A stretch of DNA of 64,000 nucleotides from Haliotis rubra (lineage: Eukaryota), in NCBI RefSeq assembly GCF_003918875.1, contig NW_025764967.1, forward strand, positions 248,001-312,000, read 5' to 3'. A program made the position numbers and the translations under genes. The notes beneath the pieces are model-generated. The model made no database searches, was not told the origin of the DNA, and saw only the letters and a list, made by a program, of their open reading frames with translations. Below, piece after piece: positions 36,601 through 51,600 of this stretch (within the stretch, counting starts at the first letter, position 1; each line of letters begins with the position of its first letter).

Positions 36601-39600
36601 CTAAGCTATACAAACAACAACAACTAAGACTTCATGTGGCCTGCAGTAATGGTCTGCTACTTCTAGGTTTAGATGCTTGATTGGCATTTTAGAAGATGCT
36701 ATTTGATGAACAACGAGATTTTTCTGGGTTACATCTTTTTTTTTTTATTCTTCTTATTAATAATAATATTTAGTAATAAAAAGAAGATGTAACCCAGAAA
36801 TATCTCTATGTTCATACTTCTAGTTTTGTTAATCAGCTACCTGTGTGGCCGCACTTGATGACATCCGGCATGCTACAGAGATCAGTGAAGGTCATCAGAC
36901 TGTCCTTCTTGTAGTGAGATGAGGGGTCCAGCTGGTCACCTGATAGCACTGCCCACGTGTAGTTCCTGTGACGGAGTGTGGGCCACACAGCAGACAGGGC
37001 GTTCCTGTACGGGGTGTAGTCAGCATCAGCGCTGTCCCACCCGTCATTCTGGTCCAGAGAGATGATGACCCGACATCATCAACCTGTCTGGCGCCTGACA
37101 GCAGGATGACAAGTACATGACACAGGTCAAATATTCACCTACATAATAATAGGGAATTGCATCAAACATCATTTTTTCACTGATTTGTCAACGTCCTCCC
37201 CATATCTACCATCAAATTGTTTGAAAGCCTAACTGGGGAATTGAATGTTGTGACCTTGATCGAGTCATTCCTGAGCAAGAGTCGTATGACGCAATTTGAA
37301 CTGAAAAAACCGTCCCGCTCTGCACACAGCCAAGACAGTAAATATTCCTCCTTCCAGGAAGCGCTGAGAAGTCGAACTCACTACTGCTATTATTTAACGA
37401 TCTTGGCACAGTAACACTTGTTAGGCTCATCATCAGCTCAGGCCCTTTGCCTCATATACACGCATCCCAGACAACCAATGGGAATTGTCCGAGCCAGGAA
37501 ACGCTGCCTTGACGCGCCCACCAACAACCTTTCAGACAATGTGAAGACTCCCCAACAATGCAGCCTTCTATATTACCCACCATGTCAGAGTGAGTGAGTG
37601 AGTGAGTTTGGTTTTACGCCACTTTTAGCAATATTCCAGCAATATCACGGCGGGGGACACCAGAAATGAGCTTCACACATTGTACCCATGTGGGGAATCG
37701 AACCCGGGTCTTCGGCGTGACGAGCCCACCAACAACCTTTCAGACAATGTGAAGACTCCCCAACACTGCAGCCTTCTATATTACCAACCATGTCAGAGTG
37801 AGTGAGTGAGTGAGTTTGGTTTTACGCCACTTTTAGCAATATTCCAGCAATATCACGGCGGGGGACACCAGAAATGAGCTTCACACATAGAACCCATGTG
37901 GGGAATCGAACCCGGGTCTTCGGCGTGACGACCCCTCCAACAACCTTTCAGACAATGTGAAGACTCCCCAACACTGCAGCCTTCTATATTACCCACCATG
38001 TCAGAGTGAGTGAGTGAGTGAGTTTGGTTTTACGCCACTTTTAGCAATATTCCAGCAATATCACGGCGGGGGACACCAGAAATGAGCTTCACACATTGTA
38101 CCCATGTGGGGAATCGAACCCGGGTCTTCGGCGTGACGACCCCACCAACAACCTTTCAGACAATGTGAAGACTCCCCAACACTGCAGCCTTCTATATTAC
38201 CCACCATGTCAGAGTGAGTGAGTGAGTGAGTTTGGTTTTACGCCACTTTTAGCAATATTCCAGCAATATCACGGAGGGGGACACCAGAAATGAGCTTCAC
38301 ACATAGAACCCATGTGGGGAATCGAACCCGGGTCTTCGGCGTGACGACCCCTCCAACAACCTTTCAGACAATGTGAAGACTCCCCAACACTGCAGCCTTC
38401 TATATTACCCACCATGTCAGAGTGAGTGAGTGAGTGAGTTTGGTTTTACGCCACTTTTAGCAATATTCCAGCAATATCACGGCGGGGGACACCAGAAATG
38501 AGCTTCACACATTGTACCCATGTGGGGAATCGAACCCGGGTCTTCGGCGTGACGACCCCACCAACAACCTTTCAGACAATGTGAAGACTCCCCAGCACTG
38601 CAGCCTTCTATATTACCCACCATGTCAGAAAGGTTGTGATCCTGGCAAACTCCGTAATTCTCCAAATGTCAGTGAACAGACAGGGAAGTACCGAACCTAA
38701 GGCTTATTATCATTATTACTCTCCATCCATACGTCGCATGCTCACAGCTCGGTGGCCTCTGGAAGTCTCAAACACATCGTCCTAGGAAATTCTGGTAGTG
38801 ATACTAATCATGCTCTGAGAATGTATTCCTCACCAACAACATCGATAACAATCGCAGGGACTACGAAAGCAGGGTCGTATGCAGCACAGTCTCTCACGTC
38901 GGCGGATACGGTGGTGGAGAGCCCCATCTTGTTGTAGCCTCGAACAGCAAGACGTCCGCACTTGCTGAGGTCCAGGTGTTTGGGCAGATGCACGCGGAAT
39001 GTCATCTGGAATATAAAGTTGTGTGGGGTTTAACACACTGTCACTGTTGTGATTTGTCTGTAATGCTATCAAGATTTAATGTTGCCTCGTCGGAACCCGG
39101 AAGAGTGAGTGAGTTGGGTTTTACGCCGCTTTTAGCAATATTCCAGCAATATCACGGCGGGGGACACAAGAAATGGGCTTCGCACAATGCACCCATGTGG
39201 GGAATCGAACCCGTGCCTTTGGCGTCACGTGCGAACACTTTAACCACTAGGCTACCCCACCACCCAAATCAACGTTAGAGAACAAGTCTGGATTATTCGA
39301 AATAGCCACTAGCGTTGAACATTAAATGAAATGAAACACTGACCATCAGTGATGACACAAAATACCCCCGCCACACAGGAGAACTGTCATGCAACTCGGA
39401 TCCTTAAGAACCTATACAATCAGGCGATGGACGATGCGTCCAGAGTAGACATAGCCCATTACTGAAAACTACAGATAATATGTCCACTTCACAGCTTGTG
39501 TCAAGATGCACCAGGAGGTCAGGCTCGGTGATGTCGCTCAGATCCCCTTCACAAAGTTTAACACTGCTGCGATGTACAACAGCATTCACTTTCCTCAACA

Positions 39601-42600
39601 TACCACATCCCCAATGGCTGTGCTGTCTGCCACAGGCTGCCACGTTGTCAGAAGTCTGCTGTAGTGGTCACCGTCTGTTAAACTCCACTCATATCTGTCC
39701 ACAACGCTGTATGCTTCGTGTTTCACTGGTATGTCAGGGTCAGCAAATCTGGTCATGGTCACCTCAAGCTAGAACACACGCAGGGTAAAGGTCATTTATT
39801 GTGCTCTGAAAACACGCATAGAAGTATATTTCATGGGCATTCGTTGTGTTCGTGCACAACATTATTCTGTTGACAAACCATGTCATGGACTTCTCTTACA
39901 TGACACACCTCTCAACACCATAATTAGAATTTGTAAATTAGAAAAAAAATAATCTTCGAACAGTGTGACTTCAGAGTCGAGTCAATGTGTTCAAGAAAAT
40001 ACAGTTCCGTCACTACGTCATTATTTCAGGTCATTGTGTAACCAAAAATGTTTGAGGATACAGTTTTCGAGAAATCACATAACCACTTCAATCATTACAA
40101 AATACCAGGCGGTTGTGTACAACGTCAGCAGAGGAATACATGAGATGGCTTCTCATCACCTTGGAGCCTGTGTTGGTCTCGGTGTAGTTAACGTTCATGT
40201 CTCCACTAACAGGTGGATGGTGTAGGACTGTAACTCCGTCACTGTACACGGCTTCAGTGCAGACATCCACGGCACACAGCTTCACAGCCGCCCTGAACTT
40301 GTACCCCGACTGAAGATTCAGGCCCGTGGACAGAATGTGGTGGCGGTGTCGAGTGTACCCATAATCCCTCTCTGTATGCCACAGGTCATCTGGATGTAAA
40401 ACAGACCGTGTGGGGATGAGCATGACAACACAGCGTGCATGGCTACATTCTGAGCATGACAACATGACAACATATATGAATGAGCAACGAGCAAATAATG
40501 AGGTCACAAATACTTATTTTGCATCTAAAACCATTTTCCTGACGTGGGGTCAAGATGAAAAAATACCGCATGCAAAATAATGCAAAATATAACCAAACTA
40601 AATACGTCTGTAAACAACCAATTAGCATGACCTCCTTTTTGCCAGTGTGTGAAATCAGTTTCTTAATTAGCCAATGAAATGCCATGCAGTGTATTTCTAT
40701 TTTCGATAGGAAACAAAATTATGGTGTGGTCTCCAGTACCTGATAATGCAAACTTCTTTTCCAGCTTCCACTTGACATCCGGGTACTGGTGTGTGTATTG
40801 CTGTGTGACGTTCCAGTGGGCGGCGAACATGGTGGTTGACAGCTGATACTGCTGGTCCTCGTGACAGACACGCATAGCAGACTGAAACATGAAACATTAG
40901 TATATATAGACCATCATATACCAGATCCTCGTGACAGTCATACACGGCAGACTGAAACATCAAACAAGGGGATGTACCACCATATACCACATCATCTTCA
41001 CAGCCATACATGGCAGACTGAAACATGAAACAAGGGGATATACAACCATATACCACATCATCTTGACAGCCATACATGGTAGACTGAAACATGAAACAAG
41101 GGGATATACAACCATATACCACATCATTTTGACAGCCATACATGGCAGACTGAAACGTGAAACAAGGGGATATACAACCATATACCACATCATCTTGACA
41201 ATCATACAAGGCAGACTGAAACATGAGACAAGGGGATATACAACGATATGCCACATCATCTTGACAGCCATACAAGGCAGACTGAAACGTGAAATAAGGG
41301 GATGTACCACCATATACCAGATCCTCTTGACAGCCATATTTTCGAGATACCTATGCTTCAGATGAAAAGAGCATCGTAAACCTACACAAAAATGTCGTGT
41401 AATATTGAACACTTATGAGACTGTTGCTGTTTGACTCACCGTGTTGTGATGTGTAGGATTCCAGTCCTGTGTTCCTGCAACATTTAAACATGAAAGAAGG
41501 TCAGTGGCCATACAGACAAACAGAATATGTGCCTCTGGTGAGGGACAATGGCAGCAAAGGAAGCGATCGTAAAATATTAGGTTTTCCTTGTGGCAGATTA
41601 AGCGGTCTGCTGAAAGAGTACTTGAGAGTTATCCACCTGTTTTTGTCACTGAATGCCAGAATCATGAGGCCTGACATGACTTACTTCCTGTGTGTCAAGT
41701 GTAGGACGCAGAAATATCCAGTGTGAAATATCAGAAAAAAACGATCTTCTGTCAACTTGCAGCACGGAATAAAGAACGAAGCACTGGCTTGACGGTGGAC
41801 AGTCGTCGTAAGAACTATAGCATTTGTTTTCTAGACCTGTTTCTTGCTGCTACGTATTTTATCCATCGCATTGTCGTTTGTGAATGTAAACTGAAACTGT
41901 GTCTCTCAATATAATTAATATTATTATTCGTAATACTTGTGTGGTTCATGATTTCAGAACATATTTCTGGCAAAACCGATGTTTTAATCAAGAATTATTT
42001 ATCTTAAACATCCCTCAGACAGTACCTTGAAATGAATTACATCCCAGGCCATCATATATCTTCAACTCAGAGATGTCAGCTTTGTTGACAATAATGTTCA
42101 CACCGTCAGAAGATTGGATCACCTCTCCACCTGGCGACTTGGCCACTACTGTGGTGTAATATTTCTATAAAGACATCCAGACAATGTCAGTAGCAATTAT
42201 TTATCCGGTCAAGTCATGACGTTACTATTATTGGCTGTGGTATAGCTTGTGTCGTCAGTAATATAGATGACGTGAGTTGTTTGTTGACTCTTTACCACAC
42301 ATAAGGTTAATGCACTTGTGCACAGTTTCACTCACCTGGGAGGTGTTCAGCAGTAGATTCCGGAACTGATGCTGGGTGGAGTACCCGGTGTCTTCATAGC
42401 CTCTGACGTCAACCATCCCGGGCGTGGTGCCGATCCCCGCCTTGTAGGTCACGTCCAAGATGTCGTCATCAAACCCATACCAATTGGTCTTCAGCCCTAT
42501 TGTAGACAGTTGATAGTCCGAGTCTCGCAGTTCCTGCAATGCTCAGACATTGTCACAGTCGTCGTGCAAATTTAGGGGAGGTTAGATGTAAGCCCGTCAC

Positions 42601-45600
42601 GATAAAATCCCGGGTTCGATTCCCAAGGTGGATGCAATGTGTAAACCCTTTTTCTGGTGTCCTGTGCCGGGATATTGCTGGAACATTCCTGAGGGCGACG
42701 TACTCACTAACTCATACAAATTCAATTAATTTTAATCAAAGTTTAAGAAGTCGTCTTTTACGTAGAAGCAACGAGATATTGACCGTGCATTATTTCCATG
42801 CATTCTACTTTGAAAATAAAATTTAGGAATGTCTGAAACAAGTGATTCGATCGTCGATTGTTCGATTTCGACTGTATCCGGAAAATAAACAATCCAAAAA
42901 ACAATGACATTATGTCCACTGACCGTGATCTGAAATAATTCCTCTTCATGTTCGGGGCAGATGTCCATGACAACACCACGTGAGGGCAGTCTGACGTCAT
43001 GGACGTAGGGCTCTGCTACCACCACTGTGGATAGCCCAACTATGTTGGTGACCCTCACTGATACGTAGTAGGCGTGGTTGTGGTGGAGGTCCCAGTGGAG
43101 GTTGGTGACAGCTATTGCTGTACATGTTGGCGGATACGTCACTGAGCACCCTGTTCCTGAACGTAGGTCGCTGAAGGGCAACACCTCAGTTCCATACGGC
43201 GAGGTGCCTATGAAGAGTAGAGAAACTATCTAACTTATGCATAGGGATTCCGGGTAAGAATGTATCTAAAAAAGTCCTCTGTGGTCCTAGGTGGTGATTA
43301 AATGGTGGCCAGGTTCAGTGACGTAGTTGATTGTCATCGTGTCCTGAAGGCGTGATTCGGTGCTCATAATGCCTATCACTTAATGTTCAGATTCGAACAG
43401 CTACAGATCCCTGTGATATAGCTTGGATAGAGCTGCGTGGAGTGTTAAACAAAGCTGATATGACCTTCCGTGGTCTACTGGGACAGAACGAAATATTTAT
43501 ATTTAAATATAGTTCAAGCATTAATAGGAATATTTATCGACCTAAACAAAGACTCCCACTTCTTACCAACAGCAGCTGCATATTTAAGGTGTGCAACATC
43601 GGCGTCGGTGATGTGGGAGTTGTTCCACGTCACCAGGAGATGGCTCTGACTGGACGTCAGTGTAGCACTGACTCCCCTGTTGAAGACGGGCTTCCGGGTG
43701 TGGACGAGGAGAGGTCCTAGAACCTGAACAAACCAAGTGTTGGTTGCTGTAAACATGGGTGACAGGGTAGGAGCGGTGTCAGGGAGTGTAATATGGCTAC
43801 ATAGGTTATATCTACCCATTGATCGTTCAACGAAACTGACAAAGGAACAGAGAAAGACAAATGAAGGAACCTGTTGTATTTCTGGGAAGCGGAACAGTTA
43901 GCTGAAGACGTGAGCCAACTGAAAGATCGGGTGGTTAGGACATGTGTCCTTGGTCATTGTGCGGAAACAAGATGGCAGGAATCCAAGATGGCAGCTGGGA
44001 TCCAAGATGACAGGGATCGGTGGTCGTGTTTTCAGTTTCACGTTTGTCTCTTCCAATCTGAATACTCAACAGATGACCAATGTCACTCAATCAATGAATC
44101 AGTGAAATAGTGTCACTTTACCTGAATGGCTGTGAGTCCAGCTTTGTTGATGGCCTTGATGGCGATGTAGAACTGTTGCCCTCACTGAGAGAGGAGGGTG
44201 GTAGCCCTGATATTTAGGGATGATGATGAGTGGACGAGAAGGGCAGGATGTCTGGAGCTGCTTCACCAGAAGGATCTGACATCAGCCCCAGCCTCGTAGT
44301 CATGTATACCACTCTCCGTGTCAATTCCAGTCCAGTTAACAAACAGCTGACAAGAGCAAAATGTTATTGACAAATACCACTCCTGAATCCTGATCGTATC
44401 CCAGTCTCATGATGAGTCAAGTTCAGCTATGTATTATGATGATCTATGATTATACGTTAGTCTCAGGCAAATTATGATGAGTCTCATTTATGACTACATT
44501 TTACAAAACATATTTTCTAGGATATGAAAACTAAATGTCGTTTAAAAATCCTAAAACATCAAGGGCAAGAATATTGGGGAGTAATAACTTACTCTTTAAC
44601 TTACGTACACAATACAACCTTCAGCATTTTGCACACCAAGAACAGTCAAATTAGTCCAGCAGCGACAAGTATAAAGCATTATATAGTAGGAATATTAGTA
44701 TGTCTCGTACGTGATGTTCTGTAGAAATGTATATCGTGTAGTCACTTGACAACGATTCAGACTGTATGCAAAACGTTGCATCTTGTATAATCATCGTTTC
44801 GTTTCGCATCAAATGGATGGGGAACTTCTCCAACTCTCCTGCACCGATTGCTCTCCCTTTGATCTGGCAAAAGATTCATCAAGATATACCATGGAAATGG
44901 CAAAGATTCCTCGGAAAGTCCTGCAGTAAACACAAAACTGTTTTTGAAAACAGGTGATATATGAATATTTAGAGAACAATCAATTACTTAGGTAATCGTG
45001 TCGGTGAAGTCATCCGTGATCTGAAACACAAGAGAATCCCCCACCCCCCACCCCGAGCATTTAGCTTCATTTGCATGCAACAAAGGTGTGTGTGTTATTG
45101 AGGTGAGCTGCACTAAACAACAATAGTAACGCGTTGACAGCACAATATTTACTTGTTAACATCATTGTATTTCATGTATAGATGTAGCCCTGGAATGTGT
45201 AACGCCGATATTGAAGAAACCACACCGTTACTCAGCATAGAAGGTGGATATCGTTTGTGTCACAGTGCTTTGTTTCTCTTAAAGCTTGTGCACTGACGTA
45301 AATAGGTGTGTAAGGTGTCACCCGCATTGGGTATCTGGTTCAGTAATCTGGCTTCTCCTGCGTTGATTGTCGATGTGTACCAGACCGTCCCTGCAGAGGT
45401 TGTAACCAGACCAGGGACAATGTTACAGGAGGCTACAGCAATCTGTCCTACTGCTGGGGTGTGACGTCAACTGTCACCCCGTCAGAACACACAGGGTCTG
45501 ACACCTCCAGGGCCCGATTGTAGGCCACCACAGTCACGTGGTACTTCCCTGGGTGGGAGCCGACCATGCTGCACGTGTCGAGTAGGTTTCCGTCACCTGG

Positions 45601-48600
45601 TGGGAATGTAACTGGTGTAAATATGAACGGGGAATGTACCCTATGTAAATATAAGTGCAATCACAGACAAATCTCACCTGAATGTAGTCTCTATTCCGGC
45701 ACATGTAATGAGCTTTTTGGGGGACTTAACACCATCATGTCAGCAGGATGGCAACTTCATGACACTCATGGCGCTGTGTTGGGTGGGAGGGTGTTTGGAA
45801 AATAGCACATCCCTTTTACGTCCATAAAAGTATCTCTGCCAAGAGTCGACAGTACGGTTTCGACTGGATCAGAGTGTGCTTTTGAATCACTATCAAATAA
45901 TGATGACACCAGGTGTTCACGTACCCTGCCCCACTGGTGGCAAAGGCATAAACAAATGAAAGTCTTACACATGTCAACAATGGAACCTTTTGAAAGCTTT
46001 AGTTACTAAGGCCGTGAATATCATAAGCTTTAACAAAGAACTTCGGAACAGTATCACATACCGTCTCTTCTGGACACAGAGGGAATGCTCAGTTGTACCT
46101 CTTAAATGTGTGACATGTCAAGACACGACGGGATATTGCTTGGCAAGGAGGGAAAGTTGGCTATTAGAAGGTGGAAAGCATCCTTCTTGTCATGCGGCTT
46201 TGTGGACCGCTTTCTGTCCACTGAGATTTTTATGTATTGATTTAAATATGAACTACGCGCAGTGTTCTCACTGATCACCTGTATTTCAAGTTCAGGTTAC
46301 ATCGGTGGATGGGTATTGGCTACTTGAATGTTATTAAAGGACAAAAGTTCATCGATAACCCTGAAGCTTATGTTTAACTTCTCGACAAATGACCTTGTTT
46401 TGAATTTGCCAATCCAAGAAGAACGCCTGACTCATAAGCATAAAGAAACATATCTGCAAGTATAGGAGTACAGATGGTCTACTTCCTGTTTAAATGTTTT
46501 ACACCGAGTAATTTTTATCAATGAGGAAGTCCAGCATTTCTCAGTAAACTCTGGATGACATTTGCTTTAATTCTTTACATATTGTCCTGAAGGTCTGAAG
46601 AGAGACATGTGCCTGTATCTATGTTCATCATATTGCAAATACCCCATGGATCAAGGGATGACATGTTTCCTTAATTGTTCAAGTGGGATAGTTGTGTATC
46701 AAGTTAAATAAACTCAATCCGTTTCTGAAATTATAAACATTCAGGGAACCTTTTTCAGATTTAGTGAATACCTCCCATATGACTATAGAGGAATCGTTCC
46801 TTGACAGTATTAAGTTTGAGGCAGGATTTCGCCTCATGTGACTATAGAGAAATCGTTCCCTGACAGTATTAAGTTTGAGGCAGGGTTTTTGCCTCATGTG
46901 ACTATAGAGAAATCGTTCCCTGACAGTATTAAGTTTAAGGCAGGATTTCCGCCTCATGTGACTATAAAGAAATCGTTCCTTTGACAGCATTAAGTTTGAG
47001 GCATGGATTTCGTGGTACATTTGCTGGAACCAGCAATATATCTCTTTGTTCGATGTTTATGCAGCTTTGCAATTCAGTACAAAGAGGAAAGGGCATGTCA
47101 ACATGTTTTGATAACGCCATCGTGTCCACAACAGGAAATTTGATAAACGTTCATAGGCAAGAAGGCAAACACGTACATTAAATACACTCGTATCCAGACC
47201 AAAATGCTCCTTTTGTAGACACGTGTCCGCGAACTGATACTGGTAGAACTTGACACCACTCTCCCTGTCAAAGAATCCGTCCCAGTGAGCGTGGAGCTGT
47301 AGACTGTCCTGGTGGTCTACTTCCGGATGTCCAGGCTGACCATCATGGACAACTCCAGGGTGTGGTGCACTCGCGTCTACAGTCACCTAGAGGAGCAGTA
47401 ACATCATAGACGGTGTCACCTGCTGGTGTAGTAACATCATAGATTGTGATACATAGTTATGTGGCAACATCATAGAATGTGTCTCCTGTAGTAACATCAC
47501 AGACTGTGTCACCTAGAGGTCTAGTAACATCATAGAATGTTTCACCAAGTTGAGCAACAACACGGTGTATTAAATTCGGATGCATATATTTATGCTTTCA
47601 AACCAATGTCGACAGAGAGGAATCAACCTGACCTTGATGGCAAGTGATGTGTTTAGTTTGGCGTGGTTCATTACTGTAATCTGTATGAAGTAGTCGGAGT
47701 CGTGAACACCCTTTGTGCAGGTCGTGGAACACGCCACCATGACTGAGATTAGACGAGATTATGCGTGGTTTGATCTGAAAGTGTCTGTGATAACATCCCG
47801 TTCCTGGTGTACAGTAGCAGTTGGCGCCTCGTGGATAGTCGCTGCACCCGCTGTACAGTTGGCTCAGGTTCTGGGAGCAGGTAAACACAACTGTACAAAC
47901 ACCTAGGTAATCGCGTCCTGTTTACCAGTGAACTAAAAAAGATTTTAAACTCCCTTAGGCGAAGAATGCATGTATGCATGAAGATTAATAGATCAAAGGA
48001 ACATACTGAAGAAAGAGATCACAGGAACATGCTGACGAAGGAGAGATCTACAGGAACATACTGACTGTACAGCTGGCCAGGTTCTTGGAACAGGTAACCA
48101 CAACTGATAAACACTTAAGCAAAATCGTGTCCCGCTTAAAGTAAAACAGCACAAATTAATCTCTTTAAGACAAAGAAAGCACGTGCATGAAAAATTAACA
48201 GACCAAAGCAAACACGGCGACGAAAGAGTGACATTTCACTTTGTGTCTCCCTGAGGTGAAATATGGTCTTCCGTGGTAGATGTTGCCGGTAAAGTTGTCG
48301 TAGATTCTCCACGAGACAGTTCTCTCTCTTCACCACTGTGGTCGTCAAACGCTAGCCACTCAAATCTTAAATATAAGACGATAGTCGATTTATTGAGTGA
48401 CTTCTCAACGCATATGCCAGTAATGTCATGATGTGTCAGTTTTATGTAGGAGGAAAACCCGGAGTAAGGTAAAACCCACCCGTATCAACATGGTACCAAC
48501 AAAACCTATATTTGAATTGGAATTAGAGGACATGGTCATGTGGACGGGAACCATTGAAAGAGGGAACCATCCGTTAGCCATTGTTCTATCCGGAAGATTT

Positions 48601-51600
48601 TGTTTACTCAAATAAAATATAGAAGAAGAACCTACGTCATTTCATTGAATTCCCTTCTACTCTGTGAACGGTGATGTTGAGTCGGTCTCCCCTGGTGAGC
48701 CACAGGTTCTTCTTATGACTGAGGGGACGTGTCCACGTGGACGGTCACACTCTCCTCAAGGAGTTCACGTCTGACGTCGTACGCCCTGACCCAGAACCTC
48801 ACGGTGTCTCCGTCTACAAGGACCGGTGCGACCGTCTGGTGCTGCATCGTGACCCTGGCTCTGAACTCGGCGTCAGGGAGGGGAGAGGGGGATGCCACTG
48901 CCCCCATAATTGTGGTCAGTCAGGAAGGCGGTGCGGTATTCAACTATGGCTGAAATATGGAAACCATGTCTCTCACTGAGGAGTGAGGGGCTTTATTTCC
49001 GACCGGAAACTAGCTCTTAGACAGCAACAGTAATGTCGGACACCAAATCATCATGTATATTCCAGGAGGGAGGAATTGCATAGCCTGGTCAAATAACATT
49101 TTGCAGATCAAGCTCAAAACAAATTAATGTGCGCGACATATTTCAGTAGTTGAGATCGAAAAATGTAAACAATTCTTGGGGAATCTCCAGTGGGTGGACT
49201 AAACATACCTTCAAAATCAGCTGATGCATGAAGAGCAGAGTTACATTAGAATGAAGCGACATCTTATCACACAGAATTAATGTTGACTTAGTTACATACA
49301 TCATTGGTCACTGATCGTCATGGTGACGAACGTCACTGGAAACTGACTGCTATAGTGGCATACGTCATTGGTCACTGACTGTCATAGTGACATACGTCAT
49401 TGGTAACTGACTGTCATAGTGACGAACGTCACTGGTAACTGACTGCCATAGTGGCATATGTCATTGGTCACGGATCGTCATAGTGACATACGTCATTGGT
49501 AGCTGATTCCCATAGTGACATACGTCATTGGTCACTGATCTGCCATAGTGACGTAACGTCATTAGTCACTGACTGACATAGTCACATACGTCATTGGTCA
49601 CTGACTGTCATAGTGACATACGTCATTGGTCACAGATAGTGGTAGTGACATACGCCACTGGTCACCGACTGTCCGTCATAGTGACGTACGCCATTGGTCA
49701 CTGACTGTCTGTCATAGTGGCATACGTCATTGATCATCGACTGTCATGGTGACGTGTATGTCAGCCGGTCACTGACTGTCATAGTGACGAAACGTCACTG
49801 GTAACTGACCGCCATAGTGGCATACGTCATTGGTCACGGACTGTCATAGTGACATACGTCATTGGTAGCTGATTCCCATAGTGACATACGTCATTGGTCA
49901 CTGATCGCCAAAGTGACGTACGTCATTAGTCACCGACCGGACATAAATACATACGTCATTGGTCACTGATCGCTCATAGTGACACATCGCCTGGTCACAG
50001 ATGACATTGGTAGTGACATACGCCACTGGTCACCGACTGTCCGTCATAGTGACGTACGCCATTGGTCACCGACTGTCTGTCATAGTGGCATACGTCATTG
50101 ATCATCGACTGTCATGGTGACGTACGTCATTGATCACTGATAATCATGGTGACATACGTCATTGGTCGCTGACTGTCATAGTTACATTACGTCATTGGTC
50201 ACCAACCGTCATAGTGACATAAGCTCATTGGTCACCGATCTGTGCGTTATGGTGACATACGTCATTGATCACCAACTGTCATACCGACATACGTTATTGG
50301 TCACCGACTGCCTCAAAGTCGACATACGTCATTGGTCAGTAACTGTCATATGACTGACATACGTCATTGGTCACTACGTCATAGTGACGACCGCAATTAA
50401 TACTCGACTGTCATAGCGACTTTCATTGCTATTGGTCATGCATTATAGCGCAGCGCGCCACTGGTCACCGACTTCATCCGGTCGCAGTGACATACGTCAC
50501 TGGTCACCGACTCTTTCGTCATAAATGACTTCATATCGCCATTGGTCACCGATACCGTCCGCCAGTCATAGTGGCATACGTCATTGGTCATCGATCGGTC
50601 ATAGTGACGTGCGCCGACTCATCGCGACAATCATGGAGACATACGTCATTGGTCGCTGATCGTCATAGTTACATTATTACGTCATTGATCACTGCCCGTC
50701 TACGAAGTGACATGCGCGGATCATCGGGGCAACCGTCATAGCGGGATTTGACGTCATTGGTCACTGACCGTCAGTGACGCACGCCATTGGCTTTCACCGA
50801 CTGTCATAGTGACATACGTCATTGGTCACCGATCATCAAGCAGTGACATACGTCATTATCATCGATCGTCATAGTGACATACGCTACTGGTCACCGATCT
50901 GTTCACACAGCAGTGACGTACATCGTCGCTCAAGTCACCCACTGCAGTGACGTAGATTGATTGAACACCTACCGTCGCTACAGTGACGTAGATGATTGGT
51001 CACCGACTGTCATCGTGACGTGTGCATCATTACCTTCACCGACTGTTACAGTCATATTACCGTCATTGGTCAATGACTCATGCTAGTTACATATCGCCAT
51101 TGGTCACCGACTGGCCATAATGATGTACCGCCAGTGATCACTGACTGTCATAGTGACATACGCCATTGGTCAGCGACTTGTTCCATTGGCAGTGATTGAT
51201 ACGTCAGCGGTCACTGGCTGGTCATCATGCGAAATGCCATTGATCACCGATTGCCCGTCATAGTCACGATATCAACCGCTGATTCTCATGCCCAGTGACA
51301 TACGTCGATACACCCGATTTCAGCCACTGACCGGGTATGTCCCTAAACGTCAACTCTTACAAAACCACCCACCGTGACGGAACGGTGATGATTAGACTAG
51401 CTCTTTTTTTGAATAACTCTGAAGATCAGGTCTACCAACCAGCGTTACCGATAATACTTGAAAATAATCTACATAATTTCATTAAAATCCTGGGCGGTAA
51501 ACACTAATTCCGTTGGACTTCCCCACCCCTGTACATGCATCAATGGCGTCTATTCTTGGAGTGATTGAGAGCATATCGTCATAGCTCAGGTGTGTGACGT

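Noticed and set aside
39190-39262. tRNA gene
   Set aside because: A and B boxes run into a repeated SINE body and (CTCA)n tail; multiple degenerate copies in the window
39404-39643. 79-aa minus ORF as an exon
   Set aside because: The phase-compatible exon is 39604-39768 in a different frame
40697-41412. Cys/Met-rich repeat ORFs
   Set aside because: Translations of the 66-bp intronic repeat; out of frame with the adjacent true exon
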